Positions 34,754-45,981 are shown, numbered from the whole stretch's first letter. The stretch: DNA of 63,567 bases, filler included, from Craspedostauros australis (GCA_030167865.1; 18 parts of 18 records of this genome joined end to end with filler, not necessarily neighbours in it), one strand, 5' to 3'. Translations and numbers: made by a program. Notes: generated by a model not told the origin, from the letters alone.

Positions 34754-36886
34754 TTACGTCGCCTTGTTGGACATCTTGACCAACGCCGCATACAGCACAT
34801 CCGCAACTTGCTGCGCCGTCCCGCGTTTTCGCGGATCCTTGCAAAAGCACATCTCCATGGCCTTGCGGAATGCCACATCGCCGGCCTTCTTGGAATGCAG
34901 CATGTCGGCCGGTATGGTAGGTGGCACGCCATTCCGCACCAACGCCCGCACTTCGTCCATGCGCTCCCGCTTCATCTTGCCGCGCGGCGAATGCGTCGTC
35001 CAGATGTGGAACAGCAGGTTGCCCAAGGCGTAGACGTCCACCTTCTCGTCGACGTAGGTCGAGGAGGACAGGTCCATCTCTTCGGGTGCGCGCCACCATG
35101 GTTCGTGCAGCCGCGAACGCAACCCGCACGTCTTGTTGCTGCCAGCACGGTACGTCAGGAACTCGGCGGTATTGAAATCATTGAGCTTGGGCTTGGCGCC
35201 GCGGACGATGGCAATATTGGATGGGTTCAAGTCGTAATGCACCATGCCGACTCGCGTGTCTTTCGTTGCCTGCGCTCTGGTATCGTGTTGCCGCGCGTTG
35301 ACACCATGCACATGCGCAAGTCCCAATGCGACGCTCGTGGCGAGGCGCAACCGCAATGACAACGTCCCCTTCTGTCCTCGCAAGCGCCGCGTCAGCTGCT
35401 GCAGGGACAGGATGTCCGGATTGAAGTTGGCCCATTCGTTCAACGCCGATTGACCGCAGTACCCGTACACGTCCATGACGAAGGCGGACGACGTCAATCG
35501 TTCCATCGCGACGGCATCTTTGCGATGCAGATCGTAGTACTCCTCCAGAAATTCGCGTTCGATGCGCAACGTTTTGAGGACGACGACGTTGCCGTCCGTG
35601 TCTTGGATGGAAGGATCAAAGTCGATCGTCCCATTGTATCGCCATGCCGTGCGGAACCAACCTTGCCCGAGGAAGGTGAGATGCTCCTGCTGATCTGCTG
35701 CTGTCGACTTTTTGCGATTGTGCTTGCGGTGTCGATGCCGCGCTTGGTATTGGGCGATCAGACCATCCACGAGATTCAGCTCATGGAACGCATTGCAGTT
35801 CGGAAAGGATTTGGTCTGCCAATCCGCAAGGGGCGCGCATTGGTCTCTGTTTTGGGAGTGCGAGCGGGTGTGCGGATGCGCATGCTGTGTCGCTTTTGCC
35901 TCCACCTGATTGGGTTCTGCGAGACTTGGATTGTCTTCCACAGGGCTGATAGCGACGTCGTTTGGCCCAGCATGAAGCAATTGCTTGGATTCCTCCGCAT
36001 CCTTCAAGCCCCCATCTTCATTTTCCTCCACATCCGCATTCTCTTCATCTGCCGGCAACATCGCATCCAACGACTTGACGGTATACGCCGGTTCCGCGGT
36101 TGCCGCATGCCCACGAAAGGAACCACCACCATCCTCATTCCTCACAGACAGCACCACGACACGTCGTGAACGACTCTGACTTTGCGGTCGTTGTCGCTGT
36201 GGCAGTGAATCCATCTCCGCACCAGTCGTTTGCACCGCTTCATCCGCAAAGGAATCGGGTGCAAAACCAAATCGCGCCCTGGATTGCGACAGGTAGAGCT
36301 CCTCGTCGTCGTACTGCTGCTGCAGGATGCGGCTGTATCCAGCATTGATGCAGATGGCAATGAAGCAAATGCAGCACAGAATGGCAGTGTAGTAGCTGGA
36401 TTGATGCGATGATGGCTTGCGTCGCGACGCGGACGACGTTGGCTGTATCGATGATGATGATGATAGCGGCGGTGGGCCGGCATGCAAAATGGATGACGTG
36501 CCATGTCCTCGTCCGTTCTGCAGAGATTCCTTTCCAACACATGATTGAGAGGAAGCATGATCCGAATGATGTTGCCGACTGCTGCTGCTGTAGTATTGCT
36601 GCGCGGCACTCCGCTTCGAAAGACCGCTTGTCATGCTGGCACTGCGTGCATCCAAATGAAGATGCTGCGGCTGCGTTGTGTGATGCCTACGGTCCTCGTG
36701 CGAATCTTGATGCTCGCCATGCATATCATTGGTGCGATCAACGTGGTGGCCATTGCTGATATCCTCCTCCACTCTTCGCATTGGTTGTGGCGCTGATGAG
36801 AGTGGCGATGAATCTCGCTTCTTTCGGATCATTGTCACCATTCCACTTGTCTTCAAAGCGCCTGGAATGAACCAAATGAAGTCCAC
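34754..36886 (-). CDS. Type II membrane protein kinase, PKDCC/VLK-like (start codon uncertain, 36886 or ~36841)
   Basis: TM AILCCICFIAICINAGY precedes the kinase domain: FPNCNAFHE, LGQGWFR, VVLKTL, DAVAMERLT, YGYCG, HYDLNPSNI, KLNDFN, WRAPEE, EKVDVYALGN. Confidence 0.85.
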   Translation of the reverse strand: MDFIWFIPGALKTSGMVTMIRKKRDSSPLSSAPQPMRRVEEDISNGHHVDRTNDMHGEHQDSHEDRRHHTTQPQHLHLDARSASMTSGLSKRSAAQQYYSSSSRQHHSDHASSQSCVGKESLQNGRGHGTSSILHAGPPPLSSSSSIQPTSSASRRKPSSHQSSYYTAILCCICFIAICINAGYSRILQQQYDDEELYLSQSRARFGFAPDSFADEAVQTTGAEMDSLPQRQRPQSQSRSRRVVVLSVRNEDGGGSFRGHAATAEPAYTVKSLDAMLPADEENADVEENEDGGLKDAEESKQLLHAGPNDVAISPVEDNPSLAEPNQVEAKATQHAHPHTRSHSQNRDQCAPLADWQTKSFPNCNAFHELNLVDGLIAQYQARHRHRKHNRKKSTAADQQEHLTFLGQGWFRTAWRYNGTIDFDPSIQDTDGNVVVLKTLRIEREFLEEYYDLHRKDAVAMERLTSSAFVMDVYGYCGQSALNEWANFNPDILSLQQLTRRLRGQKGTLSLRLRLATSVALGLAHVHGVNARQHDTRAQATKDTRVGMVHYDLNPSNIAIVRGAKPKLNDFNTAEFLTYRAGSNKTCGLRSRLHEPWWRAPEEMDLSSSTYVDEKVDVYALGNLLFHIWTTHSPRGKMKRERMDEVRALVRNGVPPTIPADMLHSKKAGDVAFRKAMEMCFCKDPRKRGTAQQVADVLYAALVKMSNKAT

Positions 36887-37489
36887 GATAATGATATCTC
36901 ATCACCTTTCGTCTTTGTCTCGATCTCTGTCTCTGTGGTTGCCTTCCATTTTGCCACCACTACTTCATAGCGTGGAAAACACGATCTTGGAGCTGCGCTC
37001 GCTCACAATCTCCGTCATTTTCCGAAGGGAGTGTTGGGGTATGCGGTGATTCACTATATCAATATAATAAATTCAGAAACTTGATGTTGAAACAAGACAG
37101 AACAAGTACCTTGTTGAACTCAATTCTGGTCGTGGTATTTTGTTCTGTGTGACATGTGTTAGCCAATCACAGGCGATCACATCACATGAGGAGTTCTCAA
37201 GTTTCACTCGTGAGTAGTTCGTGATTCGATGGACAAAGTCATCCATCCGGATTTCTCTCTTTTTGGTCACAAACACATCAACACGACGCAACCGATCTGG
37301 TTGGTGTTCTCACTCCACGATCGTGTTCCACTGCCCACTGCGGCACGAAACAACAGGACACAATCTTCTTCCACCCATCCTTCTTGCATCCTTCTTGCAT
37401 CCTCCTTGCATCTTCGTGGATACGCAACAACTCTCGCATCGTCGAAGGGAAAGTGCACCATACGCGTGCGATCCATTATAGAAGTCAGC

Positions 37490-39994
37490 ATGTCACCGCA
37501 ACCAGAAGATAAGGAATCCGTGGAGGCCGTGGCTGACGAGAGCTGCGATGATGGACATCAAGTGACCGATGCTATCGGTGGTACGAAAGCAGCAGCTGCC
37601 GTGAACAACGACCAGGCAGGTGACGGCGATGGTGACAATGCCGCTGCTAGTTCCGCGTCCGCCATTGGAACGCATGGAGAGGCAGACGATGACAACGGAG
37701 AGCTCGCGACACCTGCGGGAAAACCGCAAGACCAGGAGCCAAGGCCATCGGGGTCGACCGAACCACCCAAAGAAGGAGAAGTTCCAGAACTGATCGATGC
37801 GGGAGACTCCACTCCAGATATCATCGATACTCCTGTCGATGCCCCGGTTGATGCCCCAACTGATGCCAACACCGAAGTTGAAGTCAAAGCCGAAGTGAAG
37901 CCGGTTCCTTCGAAAGAACAGGTCAAAACAGCAGCAAAGCAAGCAGCAAAGTTGGTGGCAAAACCGGCAGGCGAGGAACAAACAACCGACAATGACAATG
38001 ACAATGGAACAAGCAACAATGACGAAGCATGCCCCATCTGCCTGACGGTCGGCGAAAACATGGTACAAACACCATGCCATCACACCTTCTGTCACACGTG
38101 CATCGAACAGGTGCTCGAGGCGCATGGCGAGGCGACCGTCCGCTTCCCTCCGTCCGCGCCCATGCCATCAGGATCTTCGAATCAAGCGGTCAAGAACACC
38201 GACTCGCATCTCATGGCACCCACGTTGGGTCGCTGCCCGCTGTGCAGAGCAGAGCTCAGCCTCTTCCAGCTTCGGGGATCCGCATCTGACGAACTGTCGT
38301 ATCCCAAGAACCACGATTGGCAATCTCATCTTGCGGGGTCCACATTTGTTCCGTACGGACGTCACGTCACAGGCAACAAGAGCTTCCACTTCCCCGGAGA
38401 TCAACAACCGGATGCTCTCCCCTACATGGATGTCTCGCAATGCATAGTCTCACGCCCCAACGACTGGAAGCTGGCAGATGGCGAAAGCGTCCCGCCGCAC
38501 CTTGACATCCACGATGGCCATTATCATGCCATGTCCAGAACCTTCCATGGCACCATCAAATTCCCAAACGACAACCGTTTCCGCGGATCCTACGAATGGC
38601 ACATCGTGCTCGGCATCTCGCAGAATGGCAAGTTCTTATCCAGCGGCGTGGTCGTGGAACGCGACGAACGCGTGCTGCACAGTACCGACATCACACAGAA
38701 CGATACAGGAACATCAGCAGCGTCAGCATCAGCATTAGCGCCGACCATCTCACCGCACATTGGCATGACGCAGCATGACCTTCGAGAATGCCTCTACCCA
38801 TTGGAAGGGGATTGGAAGCTGGTGTGGATATCCGATGACATCGAGAAATCGTTGACCATCACGGTGCAGTACAGCGCATACCAGCAATCCAAATGGTCCT
38901 TCGTTATTCATTACAGCATCGATGCCAGTGGCAAAGAGCCCGCCGCCACGATCTACTGGCCCAAATCAAAGACACGACAAACAACTGTCTCGGGCCTCGA
39001 CTTGATCAAGCAACCCAAGGGACCAGACGTTGGCCAGCGAATAGAATGGGAAACGACAAACGAGCACTTTCAAAAGATATCGTGGATTCGATTGACGCGT
39101 GCAAGACCTCCACCAGAACCGCGGCGATCCACAGTTCTTGGCACCGGTCAGGAGCAGATCTTGTATCAGCTCCTGATGCGCCCAGGAACCGAAACAAGCG
39201 ATGCGATCAATGCACAAGGAGGCCAAACGGGGTCATCCATTGCGCAAGAAGTTCTACCCGCGATCCCCACGTACCACGCAGACGATCTGTGGGGTAACGT
39301 CTTCATCAAGAAGCTCCGAATCGGACAGGCCTCGTACCATTTCGTATCCCCAGAGGCGTCCTATCTGAGCTACGAGCACACGGACTGTCGCAATCTGCCC
39401 AACTTGGACGACGGCACCCCCCTGCCAACCCGGCTCCCGTTTCGCAATGTCGAATGGGATCGATCGAGCCTGCGCTTCAAGGCAACGATCGAATGGGAAC
39501 GAGATGCCGGAACCAGCTGGAATGACAACGTCCGCTGGACGCTGGGTATGACGTTCGATTCCGAATTCATGATCATCCGCCGCGGTGGCATCCAATGCGA
39601 GTGGTGCGCCGAACGCAGGGCACCGATCCGACCTCCGCGCCGGCCACCGCCGAATCGCCCAAAGCCCGTGGCAATCTATGTGCCGCCCACCCCACCAAAG
39701 GAAGGACAACCACCGCCGCCACAGCAAGACCGAAACGAAGAGTGGCTCATGAGCGGCTACGGCTACGACCAGCTCTACATCAACGCGGCCTGCCTGGAAC
39801 GATACCGCGCCAACTCTCCTCCCATGGAAGATTCTCGTGGCACGTTCGATTACTATGCGCAGACCTTTCTGAAGCATCGCAAACGTCTGAAGGCCGAGGA
39901 AGCAACAGCACGCTCCATCGAGTACTTGGAGAAGGTGTTCAAGGCCGCCGCAGAGAATCCGGGCAGCAATGCCATTGACTACAACATCGCATAG
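37490..39994 (+). CDS. C3HC4 RING-finger protein with two copies of an uncharacterised beta-rich domain
   Basis: RING: CPIC..PCHHTFCHTC..(insert)..CPLCR. Duplicated unit G..S(F/Y)HF..Y..L.DG...P..F.(G/A)TI..W.....(S/D)..F...GV/I. Likely start MSPQPED at 37490. Confidence 0.8.
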   Translation: MSPQPEDKESVEAVADESCDDGHQVTDAIGGTKAAAAVNNDQAGDGDGDNAAASSASAIGTHGEADDDNGELATPAGKPQDQEPRPSGSTEPPKEGEVPELIDAGDSTPDIIDTPVDAPVDAPTDANTEVEVKAEVKPVPSKEQVKTAAKQAAKLVAKPAGEEQTTDNDNDNGTSNNDEACPICLTVGENMVQTPCHHTFCHTCIEQVLEAHGEATVRFPPSAPMPSGSSNQAVKNTDSHLMAPTLGRCPLCRAELSLFQLRGSASDELSYPKNHDWQSHLAGSTFVPYGRHVTGNKSFHFPGDQQPDALPYMDVSQCIVSRPNDWKLADGESVPPHLDIHDGHYHAMSRTFHGTIKFPNDNRFRGSYEWHIVLGISQNGKFLSSGVVVERDERVLHSTDITQNDTGTSAASASALAPTISPHIGMTQHDLRECLYPLEGDWKLVWISDDIEKSLTITVQYSAYQQSKWSFVIHYSIDASGKEPAATIYWPKSKTRQTTVSGLDLIKQPKGPDVGQRIEWETTNEHFQKISWIRLTRARPPPEPRRSTVLGTGQEQILYQLLMRPGTETSDAINAQGGQTGSSIAQEVLPAIPTYHADDLWGNVFIKKLRIGQASYHFVSPEASYLSYEHTDCRNLPNLDDGTPLPTRLPFRNVEWDRSSLRFKATIEWERDAGTSWNDNVRWTLGMTFDSEFMIIRRGGIQCEWCAERRAPIRPPRRPPPNRPKPVAIYVPPTPPKEGQPPPPQQDRNEEWLMSGYGYDQLYINAACLERYRANSPPMEDSRGTFDYYAQTFLKHRKRLKAEEATARSIEYLEKVFKAAAENPGSNAIDYNIA

Positions 39995-40258
39995 CTCTCA
40001 GATAGTATGTTAAGAAGTAACATGCTCGTACACATGTGTCTGCGTACTCGTTGAGTATAGTAGAGTGGTTGAAGTCATGTCATCTGTCCTCCGATCATCC
40101 ATGCTCTCTGCACTCATGCGTGGTAGTTGATGAGACCACTCGATTTCGTGAGGGATGGCTTCCACGTGGAAGTCAAGACCAACCAAAACACGAAGACGAA
40201 TCTGCCTCATTTGTTCCACACTGATTCTGTGTTGCGAAACCACGTTCACGATCGCACA

Positions 40259-40312
40259 ACACCCAATCGACACCCAATCGACACCCAATCGACACCCAAT
40301 CGACACCCAATC
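40259..40312. repeat. 11-bp tandem repeat ACACCCAATCG x~5
   Basis: Directly visible, just upstream of the ELP5-like start. Confidence 0.85.
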
Positions 40313-40352
40313 AACATCACTCCACCACGCCCGGGCAGTTCACCACAGCACA

Positions 40353-41543
40353 ATGCCATCGGCCAAACTGATGCCGCTGGAGTCGTTGTTCCGCCAATGG
40401 TTCCTGACGCAATGGAGCGAAGGAGACGGTGACAGCCGCAGAAGCTACCGCATCGTCTTCCAACGTCCGCTCGCGTCCTTTCCTGTCCGTACCGCATCCG
40501 CGCACGCATTCCTGGAGGAGAAGCAGCTGTACCGTCGTGCTGGGTTGCGCACGCCCGGCGAGAATGCGACGAAGGATATGCTGGGGAGTTCCCTTTGGCT
40601 GCACGAGTTGCTGCGGCTCATCCTGAAGGCATCGTCGGTCAAGGATCATTCTGGGCAGGATGCGAGCGATGATATGGAGAACAAGCATGGAAGGAGCTTG
40701 ATTTGGATCCCAACGTCTTCCGCATCCACAATCACCAACCTGCCAGACGATATCACCAGCCATGATGCATTCGGTACCGTTCCCACAAGTTGCATACCAT
40801 CAGGATGGGACGACAACGACGACGAAGGTGGCGACAATGCTCTTCCATCATTGGATGATTTGGATAGCATCCTGCAGGCCATCGAGCGGCAACTTGCCAA
40901 CGACACAACAAGGAAGATGTGCATCGTCTTCGAGTCACTCTCCCCCATCCTTGTGCGACATGGATTCGCTCGCACGATGCACTTCCTTCAGAAGATCCCG
41001 CCTTGCATGATGATACTGCCAGTCCAGCACGATAGCATGACGCCCAAGCAGCACGCCTTCCTCGAGGACGTCTGCCAGGCCCTGCTGTGTCTGCGGCAAG
41101 GCGACATGACCATGGTGCGTCAGGGCGTCCGCGAATCCGGCAACATTGTGCGCGCGGCGGTGCCTTTCCGAATCGAATCGCGTACATGGGGATACGAGCT
41201 GCTCCAGGCGGGGTCTCAGTCAGATAAGGACGATAACAAAGGGAACAGCAGCCATGCAGCATCCGCGCCGGCCGTCAGCGCGCGCACATCGGGGCAAGTG
41301 GATGGAAATGATAACCGATCGCAGGTCTCCAGTCTTCGTGGCGCCAATTCCAAGGCGAAGAAGATATCACTGAAACTGGAGGAAGATGCGGAAGATAATA
41401 TTCATCATGGCAATGCCGGCAGCAAAGAGCAGAGCAATCCGTCAGCGCCGGTCGTCGTCAAGCCAAGGATTTTCATGCAAGACGATGATCCGGAATTCGA
41501 CGATTTCGACGAAGAAGATCCTGATGATGATTTGGATCTGTAA
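40353..41543 (+). CDS. ELP5: Elongator complex protein 5-like
   Basis: RecA-like IVFESLSPILVRHG segment and the characteristic acidic C-terminus RIFMQDDDPEFDDFDEEDPDDDLDL. Confidence 0.7.
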   Translation: MPSAKLMPLESLFRQWFLTQWSEGDGDSRRSYRIVFQRPLASFPVRTASAHAFLEEKQLYRRAGLRTPGENATKDMLGSSLWLHELLRLILKASSVKDHSGQDASDDMENKHGRSLIWIPTSSASTITNLPDDITSHDAFGTVPTSCIPSGWDDNDDEGGDNALPSLDDLDSILQAIERQLANDTTRKMCIVFESLSPILVRHGFARTMHFLQKIPPCMMILPVQHDSMTPKQHAFLEDVCQALLCLRQGDMTMVRQGVRESGNIVRAAVPFRIESRTWGYELLQAGSQSDKDDNKGNSSHAASAPAVSARTSGQVDGNDNRSQVSSLRGANSKAKKISLKLEEDAEDNIHHGNAGSKEQSNPSAPVVVKPRIFMQDDDPEFDDFDEEDPDDDLDL

Positions 41544-41778
41544 ACACATGGGAACGCCACACTCATCGAGTGCAAGTAGAGGGCAATTCTAATACTAATT
41601 GAAGAGTAGAATAGAGAAGCCCCATCGTCCAATGGTTTGCCAGTCGCTCATTGTTTCAGGTCACGCCAAGGGTCGATGCGCCATCAGAATCCAAAAGGCG
41701 AGATCCTTGCAACGGCTCCAACGCATAACTAATTCATTTATCCATACCTTGAGTGCGACGCCAGGATGCCGCAGCTCG

Positions 41779-42783
41779 TCAGCACTTTAAGATCTCTTCA
41801 ACGATCGACCAGCCGTTGCTTCGTTTTTTGCTCTGCCACTCCATCACGCATTCTTTGGCGGTGCGTCGGGAGGACATGTGCGGCCCATTCTCATCGCCAA
41901 TCCCGCCGCCATGAGGATCGATGCTATTGATGTAGCGGACACCGCTGCCAACAGCACCACCGTCGACAACTCCATCCTTACATCCATTCGACTCGTCCTG
42001 TAATCCATCGTAGGAATCGAACAGCCTTTGAGCGAGAATCTGTTTTCGGAACAATTCTTTAGACGTATGCGCGAAGATGCGCTCGCAGTGGCTTAGGCGC
42101 AATCGGTAGTTGGCCGCGCTGCCAGGCGGAGCTTCGGTGTTGCCATAGCTTCCATCATCCATAAATGCGGCGCTTTCCATCTCGAAGCTCATCCATTCAT
42201 CCAACCGGCGACCCATGGCATCCTGAATCTGCGATAATGAGCTCATCTGGCTACGTAGCAGCGTGACCATTCGCTCATGACGTCGCAGATCCGCGTTGTA
42301 CGCCATGCTCACATCATCTTCAGTCAACGCGGTTGGGGAGATGTCATTCGTTGTGGGCCGCTGCGGAGTTGACGACATAACTGCCATGGCGTTGGCTTGA
42401 AGGAACCCGTGACACGGCGGCGTTTCGTTCGTTCTCGTCCCTGCCACTACTTCTGCTGGAAGTTGTTGCGCTGCCGTGGACATCAAGTTTTGCACCCGCA
42501 GCTGTTTGAGCTGCTGTTGCTCCCATGCCAACCTCGTCCTCAGGTTGTGAATTGATTGAAGGATGTCGAACATTTGATCATCGAGCTGCGTCCATTCCTC
42601 CAACCTGCCGACGAATGCCTTGAATACCGACCCCGTTTGCTTCTGGTTGCGCTTGCGTTGTTGTTGTTGGCGATTTGCCGAGGAAGAAGGACTTGGCAGC
42701 GACGTGGATACTGCAGGTGGTGATCCTGGTGCCGACGAACGGCCCAGCATGAAATCTTGGAAGGATTGTTGATAGTCTGCCAT
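41779..42783 (-). CDS. Hypothetical helical/coiled-coil protein (weak resemblance to the C1orf109/At5g43822-like family)
   Basis: Long ORF from MADYQQSF, with helical segments FVGRLEEWTQLDDQMFDILQSIHNLRTRL and SKELFRKQILAQRL. Confidence 0.65.
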   Translation of the reverse strand: MADYQQSFQDFMLGRSSAPGSPPAVSTSLPSPSSSANRQQQQRKRNQKQTGSVFKAFVGRLEEWTQLDDQMFDILQSIHNLRTRLAWEQQQLKQLRVQNLMSTAAQQLPAEVVAGTRTNETPPCHGFLQANAMAVMSSTPQRPTTNDISPTALTEDDVSMAYNADLRRHERMVTLLRSQMSSLSQIQDAMGRRLDEWMSFEMESAAFMDDGSYGNTEAPPGSAANYRLRLSHCERIFAHTSKELFRKQILAQRLFDSYDGLQDESNGCKDGVVDGGAVGSGVRYINSIDPHGGGIGDENGPHMSSRRTAKECVMEWQSKKRSNGWSIVEEILKC

Positions 42784-43166
42784 GTTGGATACTGTGTGTG
42801 TGTAATCAATGAAGACGGTGTCATCGAGGACAAGCAGAGTGTTAATGTAGAGTGTTGATACAGAGTGGCTCGAATGCTCGATGTGCCAGCGCTTCACCCT
42901 GTTGCTGCGCATGCACCTACAATCACGAATGCACTCGTCCGAATGGTACAATAACATCATGACGACGATGGGCGGCATACAGGAGGAAGCATAACATGGT
43001 AAGAACAGAAGCGAAGAGGCAATGGCAGTTTATGCTGTGAGAAATGTTTGTGGCTATATTGGCGCAATCGGAGGTGTTGCTGTGGGCGTGCAATCGCTCC
43101 TTGACGATGCAGCAATTCAACGGCGATGCCACGGAAAATAGAAAGACCGTACTGCTTCGCGGCACC

Positions 43167-43406
43167 TCATTTTGTATCCGTCTTGAATTTATCCAGCTCG
43201 TCCTGATCTCTCTCCAGTTGCGCCCGGCGTTCCTTGATGAGACGTCTGTACTCCTTGCGCTTCGCCTCCTGCGCTTCTCGGATGGCCTCTGGCTTTTCGG
43301 AGCTGAACAGATCATGACCAGGCCGGGTGTTAATGGAGTACACGGGGTAAGCACATGCGCCGATGAGGCTGATGCTGCCGACGGCAACCCAAACCTGCTG
43401 CGGCAC
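43167..43406 (-). CDS. Small single-TM protein with charged C-terminal coil (5' exon/start unresolved)
   Basis: VWVAVGSISLIGACAYPVY followed by GHDLFSSEKPEAIREAQEAKRKE; there is no ATG at the tool's start. Confidence 0.5.
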   Translation of the reverse strand: MPQQVWVAVGSISLIGACAYPVYSINTRPGHDLFSSEKPEAIREAQEAKRKEYRRLIKERRAQLERDQDELDKFKTDTK

Positions 43407-43871
43407 CTTGGAGACGACTGGGGGTATCGCAGTGTCGTCGTCAACGCGTTCGTCATCGCCAATGCCATCATCGTGGTGAAGAATATCGTGCCGGAAATTG
43501 CAGGCACGGTGGTGTGTATTGCAGAACGGAGCGAGATGATCGCGTTCGGCGGCGTACGGACGGGCGGTAGATTAGCAGCAAGAGCAGAACATGGTATGGA
43601 ATGAGATGGCGTGCGGTCGTGATGTGCGAGCACTCGTAGAAGACAAGTTGGATGGCTCGGAATGTCTCAGAAACGAAGCTCATGTGCTTGATGCAGCAAT
43701 GCTCTGTGGTGCCAAGCGCACCAAGTGAACTCGAATCGAGTGATGCCGCAAGTCAGGCAAAGATCCAAGTANNNNNNNNNNNNNNNNNNNNNNNNNNNNN
43801 NNNNNNNNNNNNNNNTTAATTAATTAANNNNNNNNNNNNNNNNNNNNNNNNNNNNNNNNNNNNNNNNNNNN

Positions 43872-45387
43872 TTTTTCATAATTTCACGTCCTCTCCTCTC
43901 CGTCACTGATCCATTGTGGAACGCAGTTGGATGTAGTGATCCCTGTGTTTTTCGTTGATCTCCTTTTTGGTATTCTTCGTAAAGCCGTCTGCGATGTTGT
44001 CTTCAGAACGCACAAATTTGGTTCTGGCCTCTCCATTTGTAATCAGTTCTCGAATGAAATGATGTCGGATGTCGATGTGCCGTGTCCTAGCGGATGTTGA
44101 TGGGTTGGACGCGATGAAGATCGCTCCAACATTGTCAACCATCACATCTGTTGGAAATCCGGGGTTATAGTAGTAGACTAATCTGTTATCAGTCTGTACC
44201 GTTTTTTAGAACTGTGAGCACAACATGCTCATCTCCTTTTGATTCCAATTCACAACAAGCGTGATCTGCAGTAGCCACCCGAGGTTACACCCTTTAGCTT
44301 GGCTCCTTTCGTCTGCATCTTCATGTTGCTTTCATCGTGGTTCATCGCTTGCTTAGCTGAGGATTGGAGAGCACCTACATTCGTCAAGTTCATACTCGTA
44401 GACCTGTAGGTACCTCTCCTTCGGTCTCCTGTCACCTCACTGGTCCCACTTCATTTCAGTTCCTCCCTCCGGTCATCTTGATGGTTGCCTTTGGATGCTT
44501 GGAACTTATTGTCATCTGGATCGTGGTCTTGGGTGAATAGGGATCGCCTCTGTTTCGCTTTCTCACATTAGGTTCTCAGGGGTCCGTCGACTTGTTCAGA
44601 TATATTGGTTGTCGCGCTCATTCGATTCACTCAGGGCTGGTGTGTTGCCATTGTCATAGATCTCTCGGTTCCCGACCGTTATCGGGACATGGCAGAGTAG
44701 GCCACTGGATGAGGGTGCTTGGATGTCGCATAAGACAGGTAAGGCCATTGGGCTGTCCGAGTGCAACTGGTCGATTGCTTAGGTTGCGGTTTGTCTGGGA
44801 GATGCTATTGGGGGTTGCGGCAATCATGGGTATCTTTGCACATAATATCATTTCAGTTCCAGTCAGTCCTCATGGGAGCTGCGGTAGAACATGGTATCTT
44901 TGCAAAGTCGTACCCCCGATTCCTGACACACATCTGCCGGCTTGTGCATCCTCAGTCCGATGTCACTCATCAATTGTGTTACGAAGCGAATTTCCTTTCC
45001 TGCCTCCGACAGGGCGACGTACTCTGCTTCCGTCGAGCTGAGTGTTACGCTNNNNNNNNNNNNNNNNNNNNNNNNNNNNNNNNNNNNNNNNNNNNNNNNN
45101 NNNNNNNNNNNNNNNNNNNNNNNNNNNNNNNNNNNNNNNNNNNNNNNNNNNNNNNNNNNNNNNNNNNNNNNNNNNNNNNNNNNNNNNNNNNNNNNNNNNN
45201 NNNNNNNNNNNNNNNNNTCTCTCGTGTCCCATACGAACTTCATGACTCGAAGCATTTCCTTGTATGCTGCGGCTGTTGGTCCATCCAACACCTTGGTCAG
45301 TTTTCGCACTGCATTGGCGATGTCGGGTCGAGAGTGTTTCACCAGGTATAGCAGCATACCTACTCCGCTTCGGTATCTGCTGTGTCG
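43872..45387 (-). mobile_element. Ty1/Copia (CoDi-like) 3' end: RT-RNase H, PPT and start of 3' LTR, interrupted by a nested insertion
   Basis: YLVKHSRPDIANAVR, LSSTEAEYVALSE, PADV|MVDNVGAI, RTRHIDIRHHFIRE, SEDNIADGFTKN. Purine tract GGAGAGGAGAGGA (43889-43901, minus) follows the stop, then TG at 43886. Confidence 0.9.
44149..44928. mobile_element. 780-bp solo-LTR-like insertion with CACATC target-site duplication
   Basis: Starts TG and ends CA. Imperfect terminal inverted repeats TGTTGGAAATCCGGGGTTA / TGTCAGGAATCGGGGGTA. CACATC at 44143-44148 and 44929-44934; removal restores the Copia frame. Confidence 0.85.
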
Positions 45388-45981
45388 NNNNNNNNNNNNN
45401 NNNNNNNNNNNNNNNNNNNNNNNNNNNNNNNTTAATTAATTAANNNNNNNNNNNNNNNNNNNNNNNNNNNNNNNNNNNNNNNNNNNNAACTTGCAATTGG
45501 TATATCTTTGGAGGAAGTGAGATTCGAAGACCAAGGCTACATGGGCAGGTGCAAGAGAGGATTCTGCGTCATCTGAAAGCAACGGAACGATGATCCGACG
45601 TCAGGGCGATGCACAACCTTGCATAAAGTGAAGAGACTCCTGCGAACAAAACAGTTCGAATCAACAACACGTAAAAACGCGCGATAATTTTTGGCGCGAA
45701 TTTTTGTGCGTTCACGGATTGATGATCATGGCTGTCACGAGCATTAGTGACTAACTTCAAACACCCAAAGCAACACACAAACGCATTCCGGACCGCTGAC
45801 CAGCACATCACCCGAAGCAGAGTGAAGTGACGAATACAGCCATGTCATTCACTTGAGCAATTGACGAAGCAGAATTGGATGCGGGTCTTTGGGAGGCAGT
45901 CGGTCGAGATTGGACGAAGAAGCAACAAATTTCTGTACCAGAACGTCGTAGACTCTACGCGGTTACCAATGGTTACCAACG

